Source: Lachnospiraceae bacterium
Lineage (GTDB): Bacteria > Bacillota > Clostridia > Lachnospirales > Lachnospiraceae
Reading direction: 5' to 3'
Assembly (NCBI GenBank): GCA_024694055.1
Contig: JAILKC010000071.1
Location: 3,789-67,788 of the forward strand
DNA: 64,000 nt
The first letter of the stretch is position 1, and the number at the start of each line of letters is the position of its first letter. The notes under the pieces were generated by a model. It saw only the letters and a list, made by a program, of their open reading frames with translations. It was not told the DNA's origin and ran no database searches. The translations under genes and the position numbers were made by a program. Below are positions 41,214 to 51,513 of this stretch, piece after piece.

Positions 41214-42371
41214 ATGATCATGTATTTTCTGTTCGCTGCCGTTACCATGGCGTTGGCATGCGGATACAGACAAACAGCATATATGAGAAGTGACGGATTT
41301 ATTAGCAGGCAGCAAATGATCAACAGGATAATAGTCATTGCTTTGTTTACACTGCTTACGGGACTTGCAGCGCTTAGGATCGAGGTGGGAAATGACTATG
41401 GTACATATGTGGTCACCTGCCATGAGATATTCCAGCGAGGATATGTGGTTACCGAACCGGGATACAATCTCATAGTTCGAATTCTCTATACTCTGTCAGG
41501 CAAAGAAGATTATCTTCTAATGTTTGGGGTATTTGCTGCAGCGATCGCGGCGATCATCCTTAAGATCATCAAAGATCAGAGTGACAGCTTCGCTCTGAGC
41601 TTTTATATTTTTATGACCATGGGGCTGTATTTTAAGAGCTTTAATACGGTCAGATACTATTTCGCATTGCTCATAGCGATATACAGTTTAAGATATGTGG
41701 TTGACATAACACGCAAAGAAGACAACAGGATAAACTATGAGAATCTGATCAAATTCTTACTGTTGATCACTTTGGCGGCAACGTTCCATAAGAGCGTTCT
41801 GGTGGTGATACCGATGTATCTGTTTGCCAGACTTAAGTGGAATAGGTGGGTATATGCCGTTATGTTTGTTGCAGCGGCATTACTTTATGTATTTAGGGCA
41901 CAGGTGATGGACCTTGCACTAAAACTGTATCCCTCATATAAGGATACAGTCTATGTGGAGCAGACGCACAGTATTTCGGAGAACTATGCAGCCATAGCAG
42001 GATGCATTCTGATTCTTATCCTCTGTATCATATATTATAAGGCCGCTATAGCAGACAGGGCTGATAACAGACTGTACCATCATCTGAATGTAATGGCGAT
42101 ACTTATGTATCTGAGTTGCAGTTTTCTTCCGCTTATAACAAGATTCGGATATTACCTTATCACTCCGGAGATACTTCTTGTTCCGAATATCATATGCTCC
42201 ATTAAGGATGAGGATGAAAAAAGGCGTGTTAAACTTGCGGCAGTTGTTTTTTGCGCACTGTATTTTGTGTATTTCCTGCATATAGCAGACAGAGTAGGAA
42301 TCCGTGTATTGCCGTATAAGAGCTGGCTGTTTTATGATCACTACTGGCTGAACCAGACCGATACTTTCTGA
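41214..42371 (+). CDS. EpsG family protein (putative Wzy polymerase)
   Basis: LR..VGNDY..Y, EPGY, N.VR, FHKS and PY motifs; about 10 TM helices. Confidence 0.85.
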   Translation: MIMYFLFAAVTMALACGYRQTAYMRSDGFISRQQMINRIIVIALFTLLTGLAALRIEVGNDYGTYVVTCHEIFQRGYVVTEPGYNLIVRILYTLSGKEDYLLMFGVFAAAIAAIILKIIKDQSDSFALSFYIFMTMGLYFKSFNTVRYYFALLIAIYSLRYVVDITRKEDNRINYENLIKFLLLITLAATFHKSVLVVIPMYLFARLKWNRWVYAVMFVAAALLYVFRAQVMDLALKLYPSYKDTVYVEQTHSISENYAAIAGCILILILCIIYYKAAIADRADNRLYHHLNVMAILMYLSCSFLPLITRFGYYLITPEILLVPNIICSIKDEDEKRRVKLAAVVFCALYFVYFLHIADRVGIRVLPYKSWLFYDHYWLNQTDTF

Positions 42372-42373
42372 TT

Positions 42374-43588
42374 ATGGATAAAAGAAACAAAACTGTAATA
42401 ATAATATCCGTGTTATGTGCATTTGCAGGCATAATATTTTCCGTTGCCATAATATGCGGGATATATTTGACAAAAAACGATGTGAATCCTTCAAATGACG
42501 CGACTGTCATATCTGCAGAAGGCAATACGGATGTACACGAATCTGAGATTCAGCAGATAACTCCGACAGCAGATATTACAGGTGGAACTGATGTTGTAGA
42601 CAGTGATACTGCCGGCACAGCAGATTCCGCTGAAAAATTCGGCGATATCAAAGAGGGCGAACAGGATGATGATCCCGATTCCAAGACCACAGCCGTGCAG
42701 ATTAAAGAGCTACCATATTTTCCTTTGGAAGTGGTCAATGAGCAGGTGATAATCGGGAGATCCGGCTGGTTGTTTTATGCGGGAAAGAACAACGTTGAAA
42801 GCTATAACGGATCCAACTTAATGTCAGATGAAGAACTGGAAAAATGTGCGGAAACTCTGGCAGAGCTTACTGAGGTCGGTAAAGCGTGCAATAAAGAGAT
42901 CCGTTTTATGGTATGTCCTGAGAAGGAAGCCATATATCCCGAGTATTATCCTACAGTGGACATGTATTCTGAAAAGACCAGAGCGGACATCGTATATGAG
43001 TATATGCAGGGATATCCCGATGTGTATTACATATATCCGAAACAGGCACTTATTGATGAAAAGAGAAATCTTCAGCTTTATTATACGTATGATTCTCATT
43101 GGAACAGTGCCGGTGGATATATAGGAGCGAAAGAACTCTTATCAACTCTTGATATACACATGGATGACATCAAAAATATGAGGGTACGCAGAGTTGTTTC
43201 ATTGTCGGGAGATCTCCTTTTGCTTGGTAACATGAGCGGTGACGACAATAAAAAAGACGTCGATTTCGATTTGGGATATAAGCCTGATACAGAGATCATC
43301 TCGGCTCCTGAGACGCATGCCGTTGAACAGACGGCAGATTATATAACCGATGCTAAGGATGACAGACATTTTGTTATGGTCGGTGATTCGTTTAACGTGC
43401 AGATGATGAATTATATCTGCAGGGAATATGCACATTGTTCATTTGTGCATGCAATGATGATCAACGGCAAGGAAGCGCGCAATATGATCAGTGATGCGGA
43501 CATTCTGGTATTGGAGACCGTTGAACGAAATCTGGGTGATCTGCCGGCCTATGCCGACAGCATAAGAAGGCAGCTGGAGGCCGATTGA
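42374..43588 (+). CDS. AlgJ/AlgX-type SGNH O-acetyltransferase (DHHW-like)
   Basis: TM anchor, IGRSGWLF, P.KE.IYPE, YY.YDSHWN..G, VGDSF and VER motifs. Confidence 0.85.
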   Translation: MDKRNKTVIIISVLCAFAGIIFSVAIICGIYLTKNDVNPSNDATVISAEGNTDVHESEIQQITPTADITGGTDVVDSDTAGTADSAEKFGDIKEGEQDDDPDSKTTAVQIKELPYFPLEVVNEQVIIGRSGWLFYAGKNNVESYNGSNLMSDEELEKCAETLAELTEVGKACNKEIRFMVCPEKEAIYPEYYPTVDMYSEKTRADIVYEYMQGYPDVYYIYPKQALIDEKRNLQLYYTYDSHWNSAGGYIGAKELLSTLDIHMDDIKNMRVRRVVSLSGDLLLLGNMSGDDNKKDVDFDLGYKPDTEIISAPETHAVEQTADYITDAKDDRHFVMVGDSFNVQMMNYICREYAHCSFVHAMMINGKEARNMISDADILVLETVERNLGDLPAYADSIRRQLEAD

Positions 43589-43589
43589 T

Positions 43590-44441
43590 ATGAAAGTACA
43601 TTTTGATATCATTGTGGTGAATTTCAATTCGGGTGAAGGACTTAAAAGTACCCTTACTAGCATCTACGAACAGGATTACTGGGATTATGACGTGTTTATA
43701 AAGGATGCGGAATCTGCGGATGAAAGCTTAAATGGCCTTACTAAAGCCGGATTCTTTGCAGATGAGCACAGAAGTACAAGGACTCACATATATACGGATA
43801 AGGACGGGGGGATATACGATGGTATGAATCGTGCCCTGTCACATCTTAAAGAAGAAAAAGGACTTGGTCACGCACAGTATGTAATCTTTCTTAACAGCGG
43901 TGACAGATTCTATGACAGGCAGGTGCTTGGAAAAGCTGCGGACGTGATAGAAGAAAAGGCACATGATGCAAACAGACCTCATATATTTTATGGAGATCAG
44001 TATAATGATGCCACAAAAACGGCAGTAACTTCGGCCCCAAAGCTTAATGAGTTTGCGCTTTTTCGAAATGTTCCGTGCCATCAGGTGTGTTTCTATGACA
44101 GCACTCTTTTTGAAGATAGGGGATATGATACGAAATACAGGGTGCGGGCTGATTATGAGCATTTTTTGTACTGTGTATATGAAAAAATGGCTTTGACCGT
44201 ACATATGGATATAACGGTGTCCGAATACGAAGGCGGTGGTTTCTCTGAGACTAAGAACGGAAAGAACATATCCGCGGAAGAACATAAAGAGATAACGGAC
44301 AGATATATGGGTGAGCGAGCTTTAAGATACAGATTGATAATGGCAATGACCGGAGCGGGATTACGTACCAGGATTGCGGAGAATCCAAGATTTGCAGGTG
44401 TGTATAATCGTATTAAGACGGGGATATATAAAAGAAGATGA
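43590..44441 (+). CDS. Glycosyltransferase family 2 (WcaE-like, candidate fucosyltransferase)
   Basis: D.GIYDGMN, FLNSGD.F, CHQ, ADYE and GGFS motifs. Confidence 0.88.
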   Translation: MKVHFDIIVVNFNSGEGLKSTLTSIYEQDYWDYDVFIKDAESADESLNGLTKAGFFADEHRSTRTHIYTDKDGGIYDGMNRALSHLKEEKGLGHAQYVIFLNSGDRFYDRQVLGKAADVIEEKAHDANRPHIFYGDQYNDATKTAVTSAPKLNEFALFRNVPCHQVCFYDSTLFEDRGYDTKYRVRADYEHFLYCVYEKMALTVHMDITVSEYEGGGFSETKNGKNISAEEHKEITDRYMGERALRYRLIMAMTGAGLRTRIAENPRFAGVYNRIKTGIYKRR

Positions 44442-45745
44442 AGGTATTATGGGTATGTAACACTTTGCCTGCAACGGTTGCAAGAGTGCTGCATAAGACA
44501 GAAGATAATAAGGAGGGCTGGCTGGACGGAACACTTGGCCGTATGTCAGCAGAAGCAGACGTATCGAATACTCTTACTCTGGCCATAGCCTACCCATCTG
44601 ATCCGTCCGGTACGAATCAGGCCGGCAATGGCACAGAGGTTTCTCTTAATGATATGTTTAAGGTAAATCTGTACGGTTACAGTGATGACCGGATAAGGCC
44701 GGAGATATATAACTGTATGCTCGAAGGAGAATTTGAAAGGATAATCAATGACTTTGATCCTGATATAATACATGTTTTTGGAACGGAATATGGTCACAAT
44801 CTTGCCGTCAGTCGCGTAAGAGACAGATTAAAGACAGAGGCCGGAAAGCCGGCACTTCTTATCGGGCTCCAGGGAATTATATCAGAGTGTGCAAAAGAGT
44901 ATACTGCCGGTATGCCGCAAAAAGCAGTGGAATCAAAAACCTTAAGAGATGTTCTTAGAGATGACAATGTGGCCAGGCAGCTGGAGAAATTTGCAAAGAG
45001 AGGCGAATTTGAGAAAGAAGCTGTTACGTATGCAACAGATATTACCGGAAGGACTTCCTTTGACAGAAACTGGTCTGAGGATCACAGCCCTAATGCCCGT
45101 TACCATCATATGAACGAGACTCTGAGATCGAAGTTCTATTCAGGCACATGGGATATTACAGAATGTGACAGGCATGTCATATTTATGAGTCAGGGAGACT
45201 ATCCGTTAAAGGGAGTACATAATGTGATTGTGGCCTTGGCAACACTTAAGGAGAAGTATCCTGATTGTAAGCTTGTTGTCGCCGGCGCCAATATCACGGC
45301 AGCCGATACAGCCATGCAGAGACTTAAACTTTCAGGATACGGAAGATACTTAAGGCAGCTTATTGACAGATATGATCTGAAAGATCATGTGTGCTTTACC
45401 GGCCCTCTTAATGCAGATCAGATGAAAGTCATATTTCTTAAGTGTCACACTTATTTATGTGCAAGTTCACTCGAGAATTCACCCAATTCCATGGGAGAAG
45501 CGATGCTCCTGGGTGTGCCTGTAGTAGCGTCAAGAACGGGTGGGATACCATCAATGATAAAAGATGATGAAGAAGGGCTTTTATATGATTCGATCGAGGA
45601 CATGACTGAGGCCATGGATAAGATCTGGTCGGATGATGCATATGCAACCGAACTTGGTGCTCATGGTATGGCCAGAGCCAAAGTGACGCATGATCCGGAT
45701 ACCAATTACAGGAGACTGATCGAGATATATGAAGAAATCTGTTAA
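44438..45745 (+). CDS. Glycosyltransferase family 4
   Basis: DIIHVFGTE, YPLKG and ENSPNSMGEAM (EX7E) motifs. Confidence 0.9.
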   Translation: MKVLWVCNTLPATVARVLHKTEDNKEGWLDGTLGRMSAEADVSNTLTLAIAYPSDPSGTNQAGNGTEVSLNDMFKVNLYGYSDDRIRPEIYNCMLEGEFERIINDFDPDIIHVFGTEYGHNLAVSRVRDRLKTEAGKPALLIGLQGIISECAKEYTAGMPQKAVESKTLRDVLRDDNVARQLEKFAKRGEFEKEAVTYATDITGRTSFDRNWSEDHSPNARYHHMNETLRSKFYSGTWDITECDRHVIFMSQGDYPLKGVHNVIVALATLKEKYPDCKLVVAGANITAADTAMQRLKLSGYGRYLRQLIDRYDLKDHVCFTGPLNADQMKVIFLKCHTYLCASSLENSPNSMGEAMLLGVPVVASRTGGIPSMIKDDEEGLLYDSIEDMTEAMDKIWSDDAYATELGAHGMARAKVTHDPDTNYRRLIEIYEEIC

Positions 45746-47003
45746 GATCACTTTTGTGTCCAATTACATAAATCATCATCAGATTCCTTTCTGTGAGGCT
45801 CTGCATAACAGGTCAGACTGTGACTTTTGTTTTGTACAGACTCAGGAGATGGAGCAAAAAAGAATTGACATGGGATGGGGCGTCGATGTAAATAACCTTT
45901 CCTATGTAACAGAAGCATATGCCGACAGCAGGAAGGCATACGAAGCCGTTATGAACAGTGATATTCTGCTGATTGGATGGAACGAAGATGAGAGCCTGAT
46001 ATATGATGCTCTTGAAGAAGTGAGAAAAGACAGAAGCAGCAGAAGATTGGTCATACGTATCAGCGAGAGACTGTACAGGGAAGGTCAATGGAGAGCGATA
46101 TCGCCCAAGGGACTCCTTCGCAAGTACAGGGAGCATATAAGATACAGAAGATCTCCGGTATATCTTTTGTGCAACGGAGCATATGTTGCCTCCGATTATG
46201 CACTTATCGGAGCATATCCGGGCAAAAGATATAAGTTTGGATATTTTCCTGCAACAAGGAGATATGAAGATCCGGAGGATCTGTTTAAAAAGAAGCCTGC
46301 GCTCAAACGTGTGGATCCGGGCAATACAGAAGAACTTCCGACAGAACCACCGGTACTTACCGATCATAATATAGAGATAGTATGGGTGGGCCGACTTATT
46401 CCGCTTAAGCATCCGGAGTATATGATTAAGATGGCAGACGAACTGTGCAGATGTGGCTATCGTTTTCATATAACCATAGTAGGCGACGGGAGACTTATGG
46501 ATGAGCTTCAGACAGAAGCTTCGGACAGAATGGTAGATGACTATATTACATTTGCAGGAATGAGATCCCCTGAAGAAGCCAGAGATATCATGGAGAAGAG
46601 CCATATACACATCTTTACAAGCAATTATCTTGAGGGATGGGGCGCAGTAGTCAATGAGGGAATGAATGCAGGATGTGCTGAAGTGGTAAGTGAAAATACA
46701 GGTGTGGGTCCATATCTTATTGAGAATGGTGTGAGCGGACTTTTATATAAAGATGACAGTTACAGTGCCATGGTGGGTTGTGTGCTTAAACTCCTTGATG
46801 AGCCTGAACTAATAGAACAGTACGGAAGAAAGGCATATGACAGGATTGCCGGTTTGTGGAACGCAGAAGTCGCAGCAGAGAGGCTTATTAAGTTTCACGA
46901 AGGATATCTTGCGGGACATATCACGGCGCAAAAAGACGGTCCCTTTTCCGAAGCCTTCATCATAAAACCTGATTTTTGGGCTAAGGGAAGACTTACGGAT
47001 TAA
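45729..47003 (+). CDS. Glycosyltransferase family 4
   Basis: NHHQ.P, GRLI.LKHP and EGWGAVVNEGM motifs. Confidence 0.9.
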   Translation: MKKSVKITFVSNYINHHQIPFCEALHNRSDCDFCFVQTQEMEQKRIDMGWGVDVNNLSYVTEAYADSRKAYEAVMNSDILLIGWNEDESLIYDALEEVRKDRSSRRLVIRISERLYREGQWRAISPKGLLRKYREHIRYRRSPVYLLCNGAYVASDYALIGAYPGKRYKFGYFPATRRYEDPEDLFKKKPALKRVDPGNTEELPTEPPVLTDHNIEIVWVGRLIPLKHPEYMIKMADELCRCGYRFHITIVGDGRLMDELQTEASDRMVDDYITFAGMRSPEEARDIMEKSHIHIFTSNYLEGWGAVVNEGMNAGCAEVVSENTGVGPYLIENGVSGLLYKDDSYSAMVGCVLKLLDEPELIEQYGRKAYDRIAGLWNAEVAAERLIKFHEGYLAGHITAQKDGPFSEAFIIKPDFWAKGRLTD

Positions 47004-47024
47004 CAGCGGAAGATTATTAACGGA

Positions 47025-48059
47025 GTGGAGATCAGTATGAGTGATAAGGCGTTAGTCTCTGTCATAATACCGGTATATAATATAGAATCACATCTGCTTA
47101 TCAGATGTATTGAATCTGTTGCAGCACAGACTTATGATCCGATTGAGATCATAGTGGTGGATGACGGATCGACTGACGGATCCGGAAAAGTATGTGATGA
47201 GACGGCTGCACGTTTAAACAGTGACAATGGTTCGCGTCGCAGAGAGATTAAGGTAATACATAAGGAAAACAGCGGATCATCCGGAGCAAGGAATGCCGGG
47301 CTTAAGGCCGCCTGCGGAGAATACATAGGATTTGTTGACAGTGATGACTATGTGGATCCTGATTTTGTAAGCAGTATGATGTCTGCCATTGACAGATACG
47401 GTGTTTCCATGGCACAGATCTCCAGAGACGAGATCGCAGAAGACGGATCCCGACTGCCGGATGTATGTATTCCGCCGGATAAGGAGTATCTTATAAGTGC
47501 CACGGAGCAGATGAGAGAGCTGCTGCTTCACAGAGGGGATTGCAGTTTCTGTACAAGGCTCACAAAGAGAGAGCTGTTTAATGGAAGAGAGTTTCCCGAA
47601 GGAAAGCTTAATGAGGACTTTTATCTTCTTGTTCAGATGCTTTCGGAAGTGGGTGAGTATGTGATACTGCCGACACAGGCATATCATGTATATTACCGCA
47701 GCGGAAGCAACAGTAGAAGCGGAGACAGAGAAGTATTCAGACAGGTATTTGCTGATATAGTGGATAATGCCGATCATGCGGAGAGGATCGTAAAGGAGCA
47801 GTATCCTTCTTTAATTACAGAAGCCAAGAGATTTGCCTTGTATCAGAGGCTTGATTATCTTTTGCATGTGCCTGTATCCATGATGAGAAGCGACAATTCG
47901 TTTTACGGATCGGTGATAAGATACATAAGAGGCAATATAGGAGCGGTATTGTTTAACAGATATCTTACTTTGAAGAACAGGGTATATCTTATGCTTTTTG
48001 CCGTCGCTCCGAAGACAATAAGAGTGATACATAAGAAGATAAAGAGATTTGATGCATAG
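47025..48059 (+). CDS. Glycosyltransferase family 2
   Basis: SVIIPVYN, VDDGSTD, ARN.GL, FVDSDD and NED motifs. The start may be ATG 47037. Confidence 0.92.
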   Translation: MEISMSDKALVSVIIPVYNIESHLLIRCIESVAAQTYDPIEIIVVDDGSTDGSGKVCDETAARLNSDNGSRRREIKVIHKENSGSSGARNAGLKAACGEYIGFVDSDDYVDPDFVSSMMSAIDRYGVSMAQISRDEIAEDGSRLPDVCIPPDKEYLISATEQMRELLLHRGDCSFCTRLTKRELFNGREFPEGKLNEDFYLLVQMLSEVGEYVILPTQAYHVYYRSGSNSRSGDREVFRQVFADIVDNADHAERIVKEQYPSLITEAKRFALYQRLDYLLHVPVSMMRSDNSFYGSVIRYIRGNIGAVLFNRYLTLKNRVYLMLFAVAPKTIRVIHKKIKRFDA

Positions 48060-48082
48060 CAATATATCGGGATTTAGAATTT

Positions 48083-50470
48083 ATGAGTAGTAAAGAGGAC
48101 AGATTTGAATATAATATTCCTCATGCAATGGCGGCATGCGTTATCGCAGCCATACTGTATATCGCGTTCCTTACAATGTGCGGGATAGTTCCTTTTGGGG
48201 ATAATTCCTGGATCATAAAAGGAATGGAGAGGCAGTATGCGGATTATTTTACGTTCTTTAAGACCGTAATAGCCGGACAGAATGATTTTTTCTATTCATT
48301 TGATGGAACACTTGGCAGGAGTATGGTAGGGTTTTGCACATATTATCTGACCAGCCCGTTTTTGTTTATAACTCTTCTGTTTCCGCCCGAAGCTTTACCG
48401 ATGGCAGTGTCACTCATTGCAGGACTTAAGCTTGCTTTATGTGCGTTTACATTTGATATGATGCTGCAGAGATTATGCGGCAGGAGTACGTATCTGTGTT
48501 CCGTGACCTACGCCGTCTGCGGATACATGATCTATAATGTTCCGAATCTCATGTGGTTGGATGTGCTTATTCTTTTTCCATTAGCGGTCATTGCTTTGGA
48601 AGCCCTTATAAAAGACGGCAAACTCATGGGTTATACGATATGCACCGCCCTCATCATATATCTTAACTACTTTATGGGATATATGGTGCTTGCATTTTTG
48701 TTTTTATGGACGATCGTAAGAGTGTTGATCGAGGTAAACGGCAACAGGCAGGAGATCATAATGCGATGGGGTGTTGCCACAACAGCCGGAATTGGAATAG
48801 ACGCATTTGTGTTATTACCGGCGATCCTGGAACTGAGGGATATTTCTCTGACCTATGACGTGACCTATTCACGCATGGATATATCTTTGCTTTATTCCGG
48901 TATTCCCGTGATGATATTTGCAATACTGTATTTCTTCAGTCGCAAGATACCCGCAAGAGAGAGATTCGTGATGTTTCTTTTGATGATCCTGCTCGGAGTA
49001 TCTTATACATGGAAAAATGCGGCGATCATGTGGCATTTTCTGTTTAAGTCTGCTGACGGATCGTTTCCGGAAGCCTTTGCGGGAGTGTTTGTCACTTTGG
49101 TATGTGCCTGTCGTTTTTTACAGGTATGCGATCTTTCACGATCAAAAAGGATCATTGCAATATTGTTCTGTCTGTTGACGACAGTTATTCAGTTTGGCGA
49201 TACACTTCGCAACGGAACAAATGTATACAAGGCGGATGCAGCAGACGTTAAGACCGCATCAGAGTATGCCAAAGAATATGATATGGCTGCTGATGCCATA
49301 GAATATATCAAGAAAAACGATGTCAATTTCTGGCGCATGGACAGTCGGGCACCGGCCAGAAAGAATGACGGAATGGCACATGATTATAGAAGCCTTACGT
49401 ATTCGGGGACTTCAGAACTTGTATATTCAAGGGATTTTCTGTACAGATTGGGATATGATACCGGAAGAAACTATGTGGACTACGGATGTGACAATACTGA
49501 GACCGCGGACTCCATTTTGGGAATAAGATATGTAATGGCAGATGCGACGCAGGCCCCCTCGATGCACAGAGAATATAAGCTTGCTTACGACGGAGACACG
49601 AAGGTGTATGTCAATCCGTATTCGTTGCCGGTTGCCTTGGGTGTATACAGAGAGATGAGCGGTGAGTCGTCGGATCCTTTTTCAATGCAGGAAGATATAT
49701 ATGACAGGCTTACAGGCGAACCGGCAGACATATTTGTCTATGCGGATTCAGAGTATATCGAATCCGATAACAGCAGACCCGTCAGGGAATATGAGGTAAA
49801 AGCGGCGGCAGACGGAGAGATGTATATGTACATATCCGATCTTATGGATGATGATGCCGGCCTTGAAATATATCTTAACAATGAATTCGTATGTTATTAT
49901 GGTGAGGAAATATCCAAGAAAGTGATCAACCTCGGATACTATAAAAAGGGTGAAAACTTATTGGTACATCTGATCGCTTCGGATTCAAGTGAATTCGGCA
50001 ATGTGATATTTGCAACGGAAGATACGAAGGCTTTGGAGGAAGCATATAAAAAGACCATATCAAGACATGGTCTTGTGAGACAGATAAAGCCATCAAGTTT
50101 ATATATCACTTTGGACAGTGCATATACCGTAGGAGATGATATAAGCGGTGAAGTAGGGGTGTTTACCACGATTCCGTATCAGAAGGGGTGGAAAGCCAAA
50201 GTTGCGGGGGTAAAGGTAGAGCCGATAGAAGTATATGATGCGCTTGTATATATACCTGTTACGGAAGCCCTTCAACAGGCAGAGCTTATGCCTGATGAGA
50301 ATATCAGGATCGAGCTGTATTTTGTGCCTGACGGCTTTTATTTCGGAATACTTGTAAGTCTTGTATCGGTGTTTATTATTGTATTGATGGCAATCATAAA
50401 AAACAGCGAAGCAAGCTTTTTTGAAGATGATTATGAGGAAGAGCAAGAGGAGGAGTTAAATGAAAAATAA
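48083..50470 (+). CDS. YfhO family GT-C membrane protein
   Basis: PFGD....QY, YYLTSPF, N.MWLD, D..LG.RY, VNPY.LP and TIPY.KGW motifs, plus a C-terminal TM. Confidence 0.82.
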   Translation: MSSKEDRFEYNIPHAMAACVIAAILYIAFLTMCGIVPFGDNSWIIKGMERQYADYFTFFKTVIAGQNDFFYSFDGTLGRSMVGFCTYYLTSPFLFITLLFPPEALPMAVSLIAGLKLALCAFTFDMMLQRLCGRSTYLCSVTYAVCGYMIYNVPNLMWLDVLILFPLAVIALEALIKDGKLMGYTICTALIIYLNYFMGYMVLAFLFLWTIVRVLIEVNGNRQEIIMRWGVATTAGIGIDAFVLLPAILELRDISLTYDVTYSRMDISLLYSGIPVMIFAILYFFSRKIPARERFVMFLLMILLGVSYTWKNAAIMWHFLFKSADGSFPEAFAGVFVTLVCACRFLQVCDLSRSKRIIAILFCLLTTVIQFGDTLRNGTNVYKADAADVKTASEYAKEYDMAADAIEYIKKNDVNFWRMDSRAPARKNDGMAHDYRSLTYSGTSELVYSRDFLYRLGYDTGRNYVDYGCDNTETADSILGIRYVMADATQAPSMHREYKLAYDGDTKVYVNPYSLPVALGVYREMSGESSDPFSMQEDIYDRLTGEPADIFVYADSEYIESDNSRPVREYEVKAAADGEMYMYISDLMDDDAGLEIYLNNEFVCYYGEEISKKVINLGYYKKGENLLVHLIASDSSEFGNVIFATEDTKALEEAYKKTISRHGLVRQIKPSSLYITLDSAYTVGDDISGEVGVFTTIPYQKGWKAKVAGVKVEPIEVYDALVYIPVTEALQQAELMPDENIRIELYFVPDGFYFGILVSLVSVFIIVLMAIIKNSEASFFEDDYEEEQEEELNEK

Positions 50471-51461
50471 CCTGCACGGATCGGTAATCATTACATACAG
50501 ATGTAATGCGCACTGCAATATGTGTGATTGCTTTAGGGATCCCACCAGACCGGAAGAAGAGATAGATCTTGAGACTTTAAAGAAGCTTCCGGACATGGCA
50601 TTTACCAATATAACGGGAGGAGAGCCTTTTATCCGTACGGATATAGGAGATATTGTGGAGTTGATATATAAGAAAACTCCCAGAATAGTGATATCTACAA
50701 ATGGATACTTTACGGACAGGATTATAGAGTTATGTAAACAATATCCACAGATAGGCATCCGTATATCCATTGAGGGACTGGAGGAGACCAACAATGCCAT
50801 AAGAGGTCTTCCGGATGGATTTAACAGAGGCTATGGCACTTTGCAGAAGCTCGTGGAGATGGGGCATAAGGATGTAGGGTTTGGAATGACGGTTCAGGAC
50901 ATGAACTGCAAGGATCTTGTACCGCTCTATCATATGGCCTGTGAACTTGATATGGAATTTGCAACGGCAAGCCTGCATAACAGCTTTTATTTTCGTAAAA
51001 CGGACAATAAGATAGATGATAAGTACAAGGTGGCCAAGGCTTTCGAGGAACTGGTCAATGAGCTTTTACAGAGCAAGAGCCCCAAAAAGTGGGGAAGAGC
51101 CTATTTCAACCACGGACTGATCAATTATATATATGATCAGCCGAGACTTCTTCCGTGTGAGATGGGCAGTAACGGATTCTTCCTTGATCCGTATGGACAT
51201 GTATTGCCGTGTAACGGTTCTACCGAAAAGATGTCCATGGGTAATCTCCACGACAATACGTGGGAAGAGATATGGAACGGAGAGCAGGCTGCCAGAGTCA
51301 GAGAACAGGTCAAGCACTGTGAGAAGAACTGCTGGATGATAGGTTCGGTAGCTCCCGCCATGAAGCAGAGGATATGGGTGCCCGGATGGTGGGTGATCAA
51401 GCATAAGCTCTTTATGGGAGGGCATTACAGCCTGGAAGAGAATAAGTTCATAAATCAGTAG
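50460..51461 (+). CDS. Radical SAM protein with SPASM/twitch domain
   Basis: TYRCNAHCNMC (CX3CX2C), TGGEP, STNG and the Cys-rich C-terminus PC...PC...C..NC. Confidence 0.92.
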   Translation: MKNNLHGSVIITYRCNAHCNMCDCFRDPTRPEEEIDLETLKKLPDMAFTNITGGEPFIRTDIGDIVELIYKKTPRIVISTNGYFTDRIIELCKQYPQIGIRISIEGLEETNNAIRGLPDGFNRGYGTLQKLVEMGHKDVGFGMTVQDMNCKDLVPLYHMACELDMEFATASLHNSFYFRKTDNKIDDKYKVAKAFEELVNELLQSKSPKKWGRAYFNHGLINYIYDQPRLLPCEMGSNGFFLDPYGHVLPCNGSTEKMSMGNLHDNTWEEIWNGEQAARVREQVKHCEKNCWMIGSVAPAMKQRIWVPGWWVIKHKLFMGGHYSLEENKFINQ

Positions 51462-51513
51462 ATTTGTGGTAGAATATACACATTGGTAATCTGACATATA
51501 GAGGAGAATAATT

